Made by a program: the position numbers and the translations under genes
Shown here: positions 37,535 to 45,770 of the stretch, piece by piece
Numbering within the stretch: position 1 is the stretch's first letter
Layout of the letters: each line of letters starts with the position of its first letter
The notes under the pieces: model-generated
What the model was told of the DNA's origin: nothing
What the model saw: only the letters and a program-made list of their open reading frames with translations
Databases searched by the model: none
Sequence record: MK095606.1
DNA: 51,156 nucleotides
DNA from: Pantoea phage vB_PagS_AAS23
Reading direction: 5' to 3' (one strand)

Positions 37535-38230
37535 GTTTGCAATAAATACTGCTCGTGCAAAACCACGAGGGGTGAGGGAGCGGATCAGCTTTGTGCGCTG
37601 GCTCTTTCCTCCGAGGCTTTTCCATCCAGGATTGCTATTGCCAGAGTTTGCCACCTCATCACGATCAGGCATCACGAATCCATTACCAAACCAGAGGCAA
37701 GTGGTTTTCTGGTATGCATCTCGCGCCGGTATGACATCCGGGAATGCAGGGTGAACATCATCAACCGGAAGATAACCGCCATAACGGAATGGGTGAAAAA
37801 TAGCATTAGGCTTGCGCCATAAAGAGGATAGCTTTCCAACCGGATTCTCGATCATATATGGGCATTTTAAAAGGTCCGCCAAAGATTCAGCAATGCGGCA
37901 ATTCATTGCCGCTTGAGCCTGGAATAATGGGTTAGCCTCAGCCTTTTTAGCCCAATGACGAGATCCCGCATTGGTCAGGTCAGTGCATGGCGGGAATGCA
38001 AATATCATATCAGGCAATGGCATATCTGGCATGCCGTATAAGAAACCAACAAATCCATCATCGATCCAGCAATCAACATAAGTGATGTTGGGATGCTCAA
38101 TCCTGACCGGTTCATAACCGCCGTGATCGCCTGATGTTGAGTTGAATGCAAAGCACTGATGACCTGCTTCTGCCCAATCGCGCAGCATATATCCCGAGCC
38201 ATCGAACAAAGAATAAATAACCTTTTTCAT
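37523..38230 (-). CDS. C5-cytosine methyltransferase-like (Dcm) protein
   Basis: 'SLFDGSGYMLRDWAEAGH', 'FAFPPCTDLTNAGSRHW', 'MIENPVG'. Confidence 0.75.
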   Translation of the reverse strand: MKKVIYSLFDGSGYMLRDWAEAGHQCFAFNSTSGDHGGYEPVRIEHPNITYVDCWIDDGFVGFLYGMPDMPLPDMIFAFPPCTDLTNAGSRHWAKKAEANPLFQAQAAMNCRIAESLADLLKCPYMIENPVGKLSSLWRKPNAIFHPFRYGGYLPVDDVHPAFPDVIPARDAYQKTTCLWFGNGFVMPDRDEVANSGNSNPGWKSLGGKSQRTKLIRSLTPRGFARAVFIANSTK

Positions 38231-38239
38231 TTACGATCC

Positions 38240-38482
38240 TTAAAATGGAATGCAGTAACCGCAGGCCTGATATCCTTTGCAATCACACTTGTGCGCTTCC
38301 GGATCTTCAATCAGGTCAACATTGAACGGAAGGCTATCATCGTCCATATCCATATCACCAAGAGCATCAGCCATGCTGATTTCACCACGAGCAACGGCGT
38401 GGCACCATGATTCATTAAGACCAGCAAACATCGCGGCATTGAATTTAGCGCGGTAGATGTCTGAGGTTGGGTGATTATTCAT
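38240..38482 (-). CDS. hypothetical protein
   Basis: ORF; C-terminal Cys cluster. Confidence 0.55.
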   Translation of the reverse strand: MNNHPTSDIYRAKFNAAMFAGLNESWCHAVARGEISMADALGDMDMDDDSLPFNVDLIEDPEAHKCDCKGYQACGYCIPF

Positions 38483-38543
38483 CGCTTATTTTCCTTTATT
38501 TCGGGGCGGAACAATCCGCCCTTAATCAGTTGGATTTAACCGC

Positions 38544-38774
38544 TCAGGGATGCATGCCAATAATATGGCCTTCGAGATTGTTCGCCATGTTCACGAAAAC
38601 ATCATAACCAACCCGGCTAATCTGCGAGCTACCATCAACGCAAACGCCAATATCACCCGACACAAGCTTAGTGAAGCGAACATAGCGCAAGCCATTGTAA
38701 TCAGTGCGGATTCCTACGGTTCCCGAGTCGTGTACTGCGCAAATGATATTGGTAGCGCCTTTCTTCGTGCTCAT
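38544..38774 (-). CDS. hypothetical protein
   Basis: start reset to MSTKKGATN. Confidence 0.55.
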   Translation of the reverse strand: MSTKKGATNIICAVHDSGTVGIRTDYNGLRYVRFTKLVSGDIGVCVDGSSQISRVGYDVFVNMANNLEGHIIGMHP

Positions 38775-38775
38775 C

Positions 38776-39252
38776 TTAATTTCCTTCAGTTGTTTTATTA
38801 TCGAAAGCTTTAAACTCAAACGACACAGTAGCACTTGAGCCATCGTGTTTCAAATCATTCCAGCGCCATTCACAAACTTTTTCGCAAGTAGCGATGCACT
38901 CAACCCAACCATAATCAAATGAATCAGCGCCGCGACATAGACAGAAGGTTTCACCAAAATAGCTTTGAGGATTATTTTTGGTTTTGTATTCCAGCACGGC
39001 TCGAACAATCTCGTTTATCAGCTCTTTCTCAGATCGCTCTCTTTTTGCCTTCATGCTGCTAAGAAAGTCAATTGGATTAGTGATGTCACGCAAAGCAGAT
39101 GCTGCATCTTTCCATGATGATTTGGCGTTAGTTAATTCAACGTTTTTAAACTGATCGGCTGAAGCGCGAACCAGCGGCAAATCAAAGCCGTCAAGCTCGA
39201 AGCGAGCGCCACACAGATAACCAATGGCACCAGCAATAGGTTTAATTTTCAT
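38776..39252 (-). CDS. hypothetical protein
   Basis: ORF with good context. Confidence 0.6.
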   Translation of the reverse strand: MKIKPIAGAIGYLCGARFELDGFDLPLVRASADQFKNVELTNAKSSWKDAASALRDITNPIDFLSSMKAKRERSEKELINEIVRAVLEYKTKNNPQSYFGETFCLCRGADSFDYGWVECIATCEKVCEWRWNDLKHDGSSATVSFEFKAFDNKTTEGN

Positions 39253-39506
39253 TTATCACCTCCGTTATAAAAACAATGCCAGAAAATACGTCTTTCAGTC
39301 ATGCTGAGATCTGAATGAGAAAGCCAGTCTGCGATCTGATCCGCGCTCTCTCCGGTATCTGCCAACTGAACAGCTTCGGCACACAAGGCAACCACATCAA
39401 CTTGCGCACTTGCAGATACAACCATATCGCCAGCGGAAGAATCACCGACATAAAATGACCCGAGCATTGCGGTAAAAGCGATTGCGATTGCAGTAATTCG
39501 TTTCAT
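39249..39506 (-). CDS. small exported protein with signal peptide
   Basis: 'MKRITAIAIAFTAMLGSFYVGDSSAG'; start reset. Confidence 0.6.
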   Translation of the reverse strand: MKRITAIAIAFTAMLGSFYVGDSSAGDMVVSASAQVDVVALCAEAVQLADTGESADQIADWLSHSDLSMTERRIFWHCFYNGGDK

Positions 39507-39538
39507 GATCCAATGCCTCATTTCGTTTCGATGAGCCA

Positions 39539-39582
39539 ATAATACCGCCATACGTCCTGAGCGGTTAGGCAAAAAGTGCTAT
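39539..39582 (-). promoter_or_regulatory. punctuation-type promoter (minus strand)
   Basis: minus TAGCACTTTTTGCCTAAC...GCGG TATTAT, 22-nt spacing. Confidence 0.7.
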
Positions 39583-39631
39583 TCGGCATTCCCACGATCA
39601 AGTACCCGATCTGATTCATGACAGATAGATA

Positions 39632-39751
39632 GTGCGCTACTCAATCGCACCAAATATAATCGGTCACTATCATATGGCACGCAATTGAATAGCACGCAAT
39701 ATACTTGCACGCGATTAGATAGCACACAATTTAGTTGTACGCGATTATTAT
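39632..39751. repeat. 15-bp tandem iteron-like array
   Basis: In-phase units at 39677, 39692, 39707, 39722 and 39737 (GCACGCAATTGAATA type); degenerate units at 39647, 39662 and 39632. Confidence 0.85.
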
Positions 39752-39879
39752 TGAATTTGATCATGGTTGGTTGTCGTCAATCATCAATCATAACGTCGTT
39801 GTGTAGAGGCGATCTCGCAAAACATGCTCCTGGCTGGACGATTCATCGGGGATTTTCTGCCGCGAATGCATCACTAGTT

Positions 39880-40376
39880 ATATGAAAGTTATATTGGATT
39901 TGCGGTAGATGTTAATCTCAAACCGATATATATTTATCGCAAAAAACTCCTTGCAACTCATGATGTTGCAATAGTTATATTCTTTATATTATTTTTGCGG
40001 TAGATTCATCTACAGCGTTTTCAATATAATCTATATAGAAATAATATATATTCTATTTTTGTATATAGATGATAAATAAGTAATTATTATTATCTTATAT
40101 CATTCTATATGTATTTTGCGGTAGATATACGTATACCCCTCTACATTTGGCTGATGATGAGTTGATATGCTTGTTCCGCGAGATGCACATAGGCATATAG
40201 GGGATGGTGCAAAATCTACCGCAAAAATAATACAATATATTCTTGCGCTTCGAGATGACTGCGCCACAAGGGCCGGGCGATTGAGTTGTTTCGATTTGTT
40301 ATATTATATAAAATGTGTTGCCATGAATGTTATACTCATATAAAGTATATAACTCAAGCCAACCAAAACAGAGGTA
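39880..40376. repeat. AT-rich noncoding region with TTTTGCGGTAGAT repeats; candidate origin/control region
   Basis: Copies at 39881-39910, 39982-40028, 40116-40140 and 40201-40234 (inverted). Confidence 0.7.
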
Positions 40377-40383
40377 AGTGATT

Positions 40384-40848
40384 GTGGAACAACCAAAAAT
40401 GACGCGAATTGAGTTTCGCAACATGCTGAAGGATGGGGCCATGAAACTGCTCCAGGGTGACGAAACTGAACTCGTCGTAACGAAACTAATGATTGGTCTG
40501 AACGTCGAGGATTCCGACTGCATCAACGAAACCTACATCAGAAATGCCATTAACCAGTATGGCCGGTTCAAAGCATCAGGCGGGCGCGTCAAGGTATCTG
40601 CTCGCGGCGATAAGTATGTGATCAGCCTGATGGACGAAGAGCAGATCGCCAGGCTGTCAGGCAGTGGGAGCATCACCCACGCGGCAATCAACTCCACCAG
40701 CATTGCTCAGGTCATGGCTGCAGTCATTGAGGCGGAACCAGACTTGAGTGAGATGAGTGGTAAGCAACTGGAAGCGGCTGTTAAGGCAATGGCCCTGTAC
40801 CGGGCCAGCCTCATCGAAAAGCTTAAGGAGATCACCAATCATGAGTAA
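40384..40848 (+). CDS. hypothetical early protein, possible DNA-binding
   Basis: GTG start with gaggt SD; first gene of right arm. Confidence 0.6.
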   Translation: MEQPKMTRIEFRNMLKDGAMKLLQGDETELVVTKLMIGLNVEDSDCINETYIRNAINQYGRFKASGGRVKVSARGDKYVISLMDEEQIARLSGSGSITHAAINSTSIAQVMAAVIEAEPDLSEMSGKQLEAAVKAMALYRASLIEKLKEITNHE

Positions 40849-41137
40849 GGTAAGCTTGCTAACTAACGCCCAGGTGATAACGATAATGCGCATGGGTTCT
40901 GGCACGCTCTACGAAATGTCAGGCAATCTTAGGTATGGCAGGGAGGTTAGGATAGCGGTGGGGCGCTCATTTGAGCGTGATGACGTTGCCTGCAAGAGTC
41001 TCGCCCCACTAATGCGCAGGGGGCTGATAAAGTTCAAATCGCAGTCAGTTTGCAATAACTCATCATTTTACGCAGTGGTACTCTCACCAAGCGGGAGAGA
41101 AATGCTAAATAAATTTAAGGAAAACAGTCATGAGTAA
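40841..41137 (+). CDS. putative winged-helix protein
   Basis: 'ACKSLAPLMRRGLIKFKS...FYAVVLSPSGREML'. Confidence 0.5.
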   Translation: MSKVSLLTNAQVITIMRMGSGTLYEMSGNLRYGREVRIAVGRSFERDDVACKSLAPLMRRGLIKFKSQSVCNNSSFYAVVLSPSGREMLNKFKENSHE

Positions 41138-41351
41138 AATCTACGTTGACTCAACAACGGGAGAAATCCTTGAGAACGTGGTTGAGCTTAGAAGCCAGGA
41201 TAAGCAAAAGCCTCGGGGCAGGATGGTTAAAGTCACCTGCTCAGCTCCCGGCTGCATCAATCAGAAAGACGTCAGGCCTGCCGACCTTGCTCGCGGTTGG
41301 GGTAAGTTCTGCAGCAAATCATGCGCAATGAAAGGAAGAAATCATGACTAA
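41130..41351 (+). CDS. small zinc-finger protein
   Basis: 'VTCSAPGCINQ...GKFCSKSCAMKGRNH'. Confidence 0.6.
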   Translation: MSKIYVDSTTGEILENVVELRSQDKQKPRGRMVKVTCSAPGCINQKDVRPADLARGWGKFCSKSCAMKGRNHD

Positions 41352-41631
41352 CATCACCATACCACTCAACGGAGTTTACTTCGACCAGATCAAAGCAGGC
41401 ATCAAGCTGGAGGAGTATCGCCTGGCTAACGCGTATTGGATTAATCGACTGTTCAGCCGCCAGTATGACCGACTCATCCTCACCAGAGGCTATCCGCGCA
41501 AGGACGATAAAGACCGGCGCATAAATCTCAAGTATAAAGGCTTCGAGGTGAAGACCATTACTCATCCGCAATTTGGCCCGGAACCGGTCCAGGTGTTCGC
41601 AATCAAAATCGATCTGGAGACGCAGGAATGA
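41344..41631 (+). CDS. ASCH-like domain protein
   Basis: 'NGVYFDQIKAGIKLEEYRLANAYWINRL...YDRLILTRGYPRKDD'. Confidence 0.6.
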   Translation: MTNITIPLNGVYFDQIKAGIKLEEYRLANAYWINRLFSRQYDRLILTRGYPRKDDKDRRINLKYKGFEVKTITHPQFGPEPVQVFAIKIDLETQE

Positions 41632-41837
41632 GCAGCAAACCGGTTTACTGTCGAATAGTTAGAATCACGCCAGCTCAAGCTGCTAAGGCATTAAATGCGG
41701 GGGTTATTTATGTTATGCATAGCGGTAACCCGCCAGAAAGAACTATGCTTACACCATCAGCACAGGCTGGCATGGTCCTATCAAGTGCAATCAACGAAAG
41801 GGGTTATCGCCACTACTTTCTTAAAACTTCCCGATAG
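41628..41837 (+). CDS. small protein, paralogue A of tandem pair
   Basis: MSSKPVYCRIVRIT... resembles next ORF. Confidence 0.6.
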   Translation: MSSKPVYCRIVRITPAQAAKALNAGVIYVMHSGNPPERTMLTPSAQAGMVLSSAINERGYRHYFLKTSR

Positions 41838-41853
41838 CACCGGAGAATGAATC

Positions 41854-42054
41854 ATGAGCAACAAACCAGTTTACCTACGAATCAAGGATATCGACGTAAT
41901 ACAGGCTATTTATGCATTCAGGAAGGAGCTAATTTTCCTCCGCATGCCTGATGGAGAGATGAAGATGCAGCCATACAAGGCAGGTATGGCTAACGCTCTG
42001 AGGCTTCACGTCAGGGCGCGCCCGGACCACAGATACTTCATGCGCGTTTCCTAA
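41854..42054 (+). CDS. small protein, paralogue B of tandem pair
   Basis: MSNKPVYLRIKDID... Confidence 0.6.
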   Translation: MSNKPVYLRIKDIDVIQAIYAFRKELIFLRMPDGEMKMQPYKAGMANALRLHVRARPDHRYFMRVS

Positions 42055-42056
42055 AC

Positions 42057-42098
42057 AGCACTTTTTGCACAACATGCGCCAAAGGATTGGCGTATTAT
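42057..42098 (+). promoter_or_regulatory. punctuation module
   Basis: AGCACTTTTTGCAC-AACATGCGCCAA-AGGA-TTGGCG-TATTAT; 9-bp dyad. Confidence 0.75.
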
Positions 42099-42144
42099 CT
42101 ATTCATCGGCAGCAGACGCAGCCAACCAGATGAAGGAAAGCAAA

Positions 42145-42378
42145 ATGATTACCAAAACCGAATTTTTCGCAATGATGAACGATGAAAACAATCAGATGGG
42201 CGCTACCGCTCGTGTAGCTTCATATGACGAAGGAAAAGGCAAGACTACGCTGATTATCCGTCAGGATGGTGCGCCTAACGAAGAGCTGTCTACTCACCGC
42301 TCAGCCGCTAAAGCTAACGAAGCATTCTCTAAATACAGTGAATGGCTTGAAGAGTGGTTCGCAGGACGCGTTGCCTAA
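42145..42378 (+). CDS. hypothetical protein
   Basis: ORF, SD gaagg. Confidence 0.6.
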   Translation: MITKTEFFAMMNDENNQMGATARVASYDEGKGKTTLIIRQDGAPNEELSTHRSAAKANEAFSKYSEWLEEWFAGRVA

Positions 42379-42431
42379 CGGCGGGAGCAATCCCGCTATC
42401 ATTATCTCACCAACACAAATGAGGTATCACC

Positions 42432-42944
42432 ATGAAGTCAGACCAGATTACCAACGCTCTTGAGCTTTTCAATCACTCATGCATGTTTGAACACCTGACG
42501 CCCGATTCAGTTCGTAACGCAAACCGCAATCATTCAGGCTACTCGTTCGACAACAAGCCTCAATATATCGCCATGGACAAAGATGGATGCGTTTACGCGT
42601 GGGTAATCAACCCGGCAGCGTTAATCTCAGGCCACGCTCGTGAAGGTCAGGATCTGGAGATGTTCTGTAATGAAGGTTTTTGGGATTCTCATATCGGAAC
42701 CGTAAGTGAATACATCGGGCAGGTTGACATTGACTACCCGATCCGTTCAACGCCAGAAGTTGCATGCTTCCGTATCGACGAGAGCTTTACCGAAGTTGAG
42801 CGAGTTGATTGTGACTGCTGCAACGGTCATGGTCAGGTAAGCGAGATGATGCGCGAAGATGGAGTATGCTGCGACGACGAGTGGATTGACGTGCAATGCC
42901 CGGATTGCCTGGGCGCTGGTAGCGTTACGTTAGGTGAATCATGA
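42432..42944 (+). CDS. protein with C-terminal DnaJ-type zinc cluster
   Basis: 'CDCCNGHGQVSEM...VQCPDCLGAGSV'. Confidence 0.65.
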   Translation: MKSDQITNALELFNHSCMFEHLTPDSVRNANRNHSGYSFDNKPQYIAMDKDGCVYAWVINPAALISGHAREGQDLEMFCNEGFWDSHIGTVSEYIGQVDIDYPIRSTPEVACFRIDESFTEVERVDCDCCNGHGQVSEMMREDGVCCDDEWIDVQCPDCLGAGSVTLGES

Positions 42945-43183
42945 ATGCTCGCGGTGTAAAGTCAGTCCAGCTTAGTGAGCAGATCTCACACCTGGCACGT
43001 GAGCTTGAGAAAATTCCAGAAGGTGATCGCCTGTTCGTTATCGCTGAGGCTATGCGTCAAATCAAGGACGCCGAGCGCAGCTATGAATCTTGCGGCTGCT
43101 TCGAATGGGACATCATAATTGACTACCGAGATGCAGAGGAGCGTCATGGCAAAGAAGCGAAAGCCAAACCTCGTTCTCGTTAA
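42941..43183 (+). CDS. hypothetical protein
   Basis: ATGA overlap. Confidence 0.6.
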   Translation: MNARGVKSVQLSEQISHLARELEKIPEGDRLFVIAEAMRQIKDAERSYESCGCFEWDIIIDYRDAEERHGKEAKAKPRSR

Positions 43184-43286
43184 CCCCGGACAGCATGACC
43201 AGCATGTTTTAAAGTGGTATCTGCATCTGTTCATGACTAAATCACGCCCCGAACCTGGGGCATTCATTGGAAAGATAATGCTTTAG
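43146..43286 (+). CDS. 46-aa small protein (not in ORF track)
   Basis: gagg SD; MAKKRKPNLVLVNPGQHDQHVLKWYLHLFMTKSRPEPGAFIGKIML. Confidence 0.45.
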   Translation: MAKKRKPNLVLVNPGQHDQHVLKWYLHLFMTKSRPEPGAFIGKIML

Positions 43287-43294
43287 GGGTAATT

Positions 43295-43501
43295 ATGGCA
43301 AAAGCATCAAGAGACACATTATTCAGGAAACTTAATGCTCTCCAGCAGCATCAAAAAAATCTGACACCAGAGGCAGTAGAATTGATTTTCAACAGCGTAG
43401 GTCAGGACACTGGCAAGCTTGAAACCAATGAGGCGCTGTTTCGTATGGCGCTGGAGATTAAAATTTTACGGCTCAAGTTAAAGCTTGGCTACGTGCAATA
43501 G
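43295..43501 (+). CDS. hypothetical protein
   Basis: ORF with start context. Confidence 0.55.
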   Translation: MAKASRDTLFRKLNALQQHQKNLTPEAVELIFNSVGQDTGKLETNEALFRMALEIKILRLKLKLGYVQ

Positions 43502-43541
43502 CACTAATTGGTAAAAGGGCATTCATCCTGACTGGTATAAT
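43499..43541 (+). promoter_or_regulatory. punctuation module
   Basis: TAGCACTAATTGGTAAAA...TATAAT; TAG is upstream stop. Confidence 0.75.
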
Positions 43542-43573
43542 GCCCACTTATTAAACGCAACTGGAGTATTAAA

Positions 43574-43750
43574 ATGGATAGCACATCGGTAGTTATTTTT
43601 CTTATGGGCCTGGCGGTCTTCGCCTTCTTTATTGCAATGACCGGACTTGACGCCTTGGTTAAAAATCACCGCGCACAGGTATGGATTAGCACAATCTCAA
43701 TTTGCGTTTGCTTCTGGTCAATCGTCGCCGCTGTAATCGTAGGGCTTTAA
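43574..43750 (+). CDS. 58-aa two-TM protein (not in ORF track)
   Basis: ctggag SD; MDSTSVVIFLMGLAVFAFFIAMTGLDALVKNHRAQVWISTISICVCFWSIVAAVIVGL. Confidence 0.65.
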   Translation: MDSTSVVIFLMGLAVFAFFIAMTGLDALVKNHRAQVWISTISICVCFWSIVAAVIVGL

Positions 43751-43752
43751 TC

Positions 43753-44022
43753 ATGAAAAATTATTTAATCGGCGCATTAATCGCACTGGCTGCAATCATG
43801 CTTGCCGGATGTGAAAAGAAAGCGGTTGAGCGCACAGAGCAAATTGGTAGCTGGCAGGTTGAAAAGTTATTCACTGTCGATGGCTGCAGCGTTTACCGCT
43901 TCCAGGATGGTCGTGACGTGTACTTCAGTAACTGCCCAGGTCAAGCGCAGTATGAGTACTCTGTTCAGGCTGGCAAAGTTAGGTCATATCACGATCTTCA
44001 GGCAACAACCAGCACTCAATAG
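43753..44022 (+). CDS. small lipoprotein
   Basis: 'MKNYLIGALIALAAIMLAGCEKK' lipobox. Confidence 0.75.
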   Translation: MKNYLIGALIALAAIMLAGCEKKAVERTEQIGSWQVEKLFTVDGCSVYRFQDGRDVYFSNCPGQAQYEYSVQAGKVRSYHDLQATTSTQ

Positions 44023-44062
44023 CACGAATTGCAAAACATACCCGGCAAATGTCGGGTATTAT
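44020..44062 (+). promoter_or_regulatory. punctuation module
   Basis: TAGCACGAATTGCAAAACATACCCGGCAAATGTCGGGTATTAT. Confidence 0.75.
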
Positions 44063-44092
44063 TTTATCTAAACCAATCACAGGAGATTAACC

Positions 44093-44392
44093 ATGAACGA
44101 AGAGCACAAGAATATGCTGATTGAAAAGTGCAAAAGTGAAATACGTCGCTACAGCCATTTGGTAAAGACATTCGATCCAAACGAAGGCGAAGAGATGGAG
44201 GAATATCAGCAGAACATCCAGGATTGGAATGACATCATATCTGTTAACACCCTGGCTCTGGCATCACTGACCGCGCAGCCGGTTAAACAACCGCAAACAC
44301 ACGATGCGCACGGGTTCCCTGAGCCTTCGCATATCATTAACAGCCGATGGATTGATTCCATCCGTGAAGCAGGCTATGAGGTGCAGGACTAA
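44093..44392 (+). CDS. hypothetical protein
   Basis: ORF downstream of module. Confidence 0.6.
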   Translation: MNEEHKNMLIEKCKSEIRRYSHLVKTFDPNEGEEMEEYQQNIQDWNDIISVNTLALASLTAQPVKQPQTHDAHGFPEPSHIINSRWIDSIREAGYEVQD

Positions 44393-44847
44393 TGAGCTAC
44401 CAGCATCGAGTTGAATGTGAGCATCTGAGACACAAGCTTAACGCCGCATTGCAGCGCGCAGAAGCAGCAGAGGCGGCGCTAGAAGTGGAAAAGGATATTC
44501 ACGACGATACTGTACAAGCTATGCATCTTTGGTGTGAACGGGCAAAAGAGGCAGAGGCTAAGCTGGCAGAGCTGGAGAGTCAGAAGCCTTATGGCTACAT
44601 AAATCCAAAGGCAGATAATACGGTTCAAGAATTCGGCTGGGCCGGGTTTGTAACTCCAGTTTTCACCCGTCCCGCGCCCGCCGCTGACCTGGCTGGGATT
44701 GTGCCTGAAAAGGCGTCAATGGCTGATTATTACGAAAACGTAAGAAGCGGTGAGATTGATCCTGAAGAGGCCGGTATTGCTATGTGGGACGCCTGCCGCG
44801 CCACCATCCTGCGCAACATTGAGGATGCAGGTAAAAAGCACGAATAG
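44392..44847 (+). CDS. coiled-coil early protein (Ead/Ea22-like)
   Basis: 'AALQRAEAAEAALEVEKDIHDDTVQAMHLWCERAKEAEAKLAELE'. Confidence 0.55.
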   Translation: MSYQHRVECEHLRHKLNAALQRAEAAEAALEVEKDIHDDTVQAMHLWCERAKEAEAKLAELESQKPYGYINPKADNTVQEFGWAGFVTPVFTRPAPAADLAGIVPEKASMADYYENVRSGEIDPEEAGIAMWDACRATILRNIEDAGKKHE

Positions 44848-44878
44848 CTAAAAACGTATTGTGCCATGGCGGTACAAT
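44837..44878 (+). promoter_or_regulatory. punctuation module
   Basis: AGCACGAATAGCTAAAA...TACAAT; dyad ATTGTGCC/GGTACAAT. Confidence 0.7.
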
Positions 44879-44906
44879 CCAATCTCAATCACACTGGAGA
44901 ACAAAA

Positions 44907-45290
44907 ATGAAACAACCAAAAAATTCTATGCGTATCGGCGACATTGAAACGCTGGTCATGCACGAAGGCGGCTTTAAGGTTGAAGCGTCATACCCGCTTT
45001 ACATCCAGACCGAGCGCGAAAGCGAGTCTGATTACTTCAGCAATCCTCACATGTTCGCGATCAAGGATGAAAAGAAAGTCCTCGTCAGTGAGCTTGCTCG
45101 CGCTGGCGTGCCGTTCCAGATGAATCAGCGCCTGATGTATGACGGCGTGCCGGTCTTCGCTTTTGACATGATGCCGGGTTCGGTGCTGGTATCCGTCAAA
45201 GAAACGATGGCCTGGGAGAACGCTCCGCAGGCAGGCTCAACGTTCTGGATCAACTTCAGTGACGAATACCTGAAGTACACCGGAGAGTAA
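44907..45290 (+). CDS. hypothetical protein
   Basis: start reset to MKQPKNS. Confidence 0.6.
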   Translation: MKQPKNSMRIGDIETLVMHEGGFKVEASYPLYIQTERESESDYFSNPHMFAIKDEKKVLVSELARAGVPFQMNQRLMYDGVPVFAFDMMPGSVLVSVKETMAWENAPQAGSTFWINFSDEYLKYTGE

Positions 45291-45291
45291 C

Positions 45292-45519
45292 ATGCGACGC
45301 CACCAGGTAACATGCAACTGCAGCGCCTATGATTTCCCGCACCGATTCGGCGGCGGCAGATGCTCAGGCTTTTCAGTTGTTGAATCTGCCATTGGTGGCG
45401 CTCACTGTTCCAGTTGCCACCTGAACAACGCGGGCTGCGAAGTGATGAAAGGTCAGGAGCATCCGCGAGAATGTCCAGCCGTCCAGGACTTTATCCAGTA
45501 TTGGGAGATAAAATTATGA
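45292..45519 (+). CDS. Cys-rich small protein
   Basis: ORF, SD. Confidence 0.55.
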   Translation: MRRHQVTCNCSAYDFPHRFGGGRCSGFSVVESAIGGAHCSSCHLNNAGCEVMKGQEHPRECPAVQDFIQYWEIKL

Positions 45520-45701
45520 GCAAGTCAGATCGTTCAGACCTTGAGCCGCATACCATTTACCTGCTCTCCTATTGCCCCATCATGATTTGCATCACGCAGG
45601 AGGTTGCTGAAAATGTCGCCGCTAAGCTGTACAAGGCTGGCTCATACCGCATCCGCCGCTCAACTGACGATGATATAAAATACGTCATTGGTGAGGAGTA
45701 G
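45516..45701 (+). CDS. hypothetical protein
   Basis: start reset to MSKSDRSD; 4-nt overlap. Confidence 0.55.
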   Translation: MSKSDRSDLEPHTIYLLSYCPIMICITQEVAENVAAKLYKAGSYRIRRSTDDDIKYVIGEE

Positions 45702-45741
45702 CACTTTTTGCCAAACATGCCCGCCGCCGTGCGGGTATTAT
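45699..45741 (+). promoter_or_regulatory. punctuation module
   Basis: TAGCACTTTTTGCCAAACATGCCCGCCGCCGTGCGGGTATTAT. Confidence 0.75.
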
Positions 45742-45770
45742 TGCCTCATCGAAACTAGAGGAGATTCAAA

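Noticed and set aside
39632-39751. Possible CRISPR array
   Set aside because: Units are only 15 bp and contiguous with no unique spacers; no cas genes.
39579-39885. ORFs 39579..39764 (-) and 39685..39885 (+)
   Set aside because: Their repetitive peptides (NRVQLNCVLSNRVQVYCVL; NSTQYTCTRLDSTQFSCTRL) simply translate the 15-bp array; no SD; better explained as noncoding repeats.
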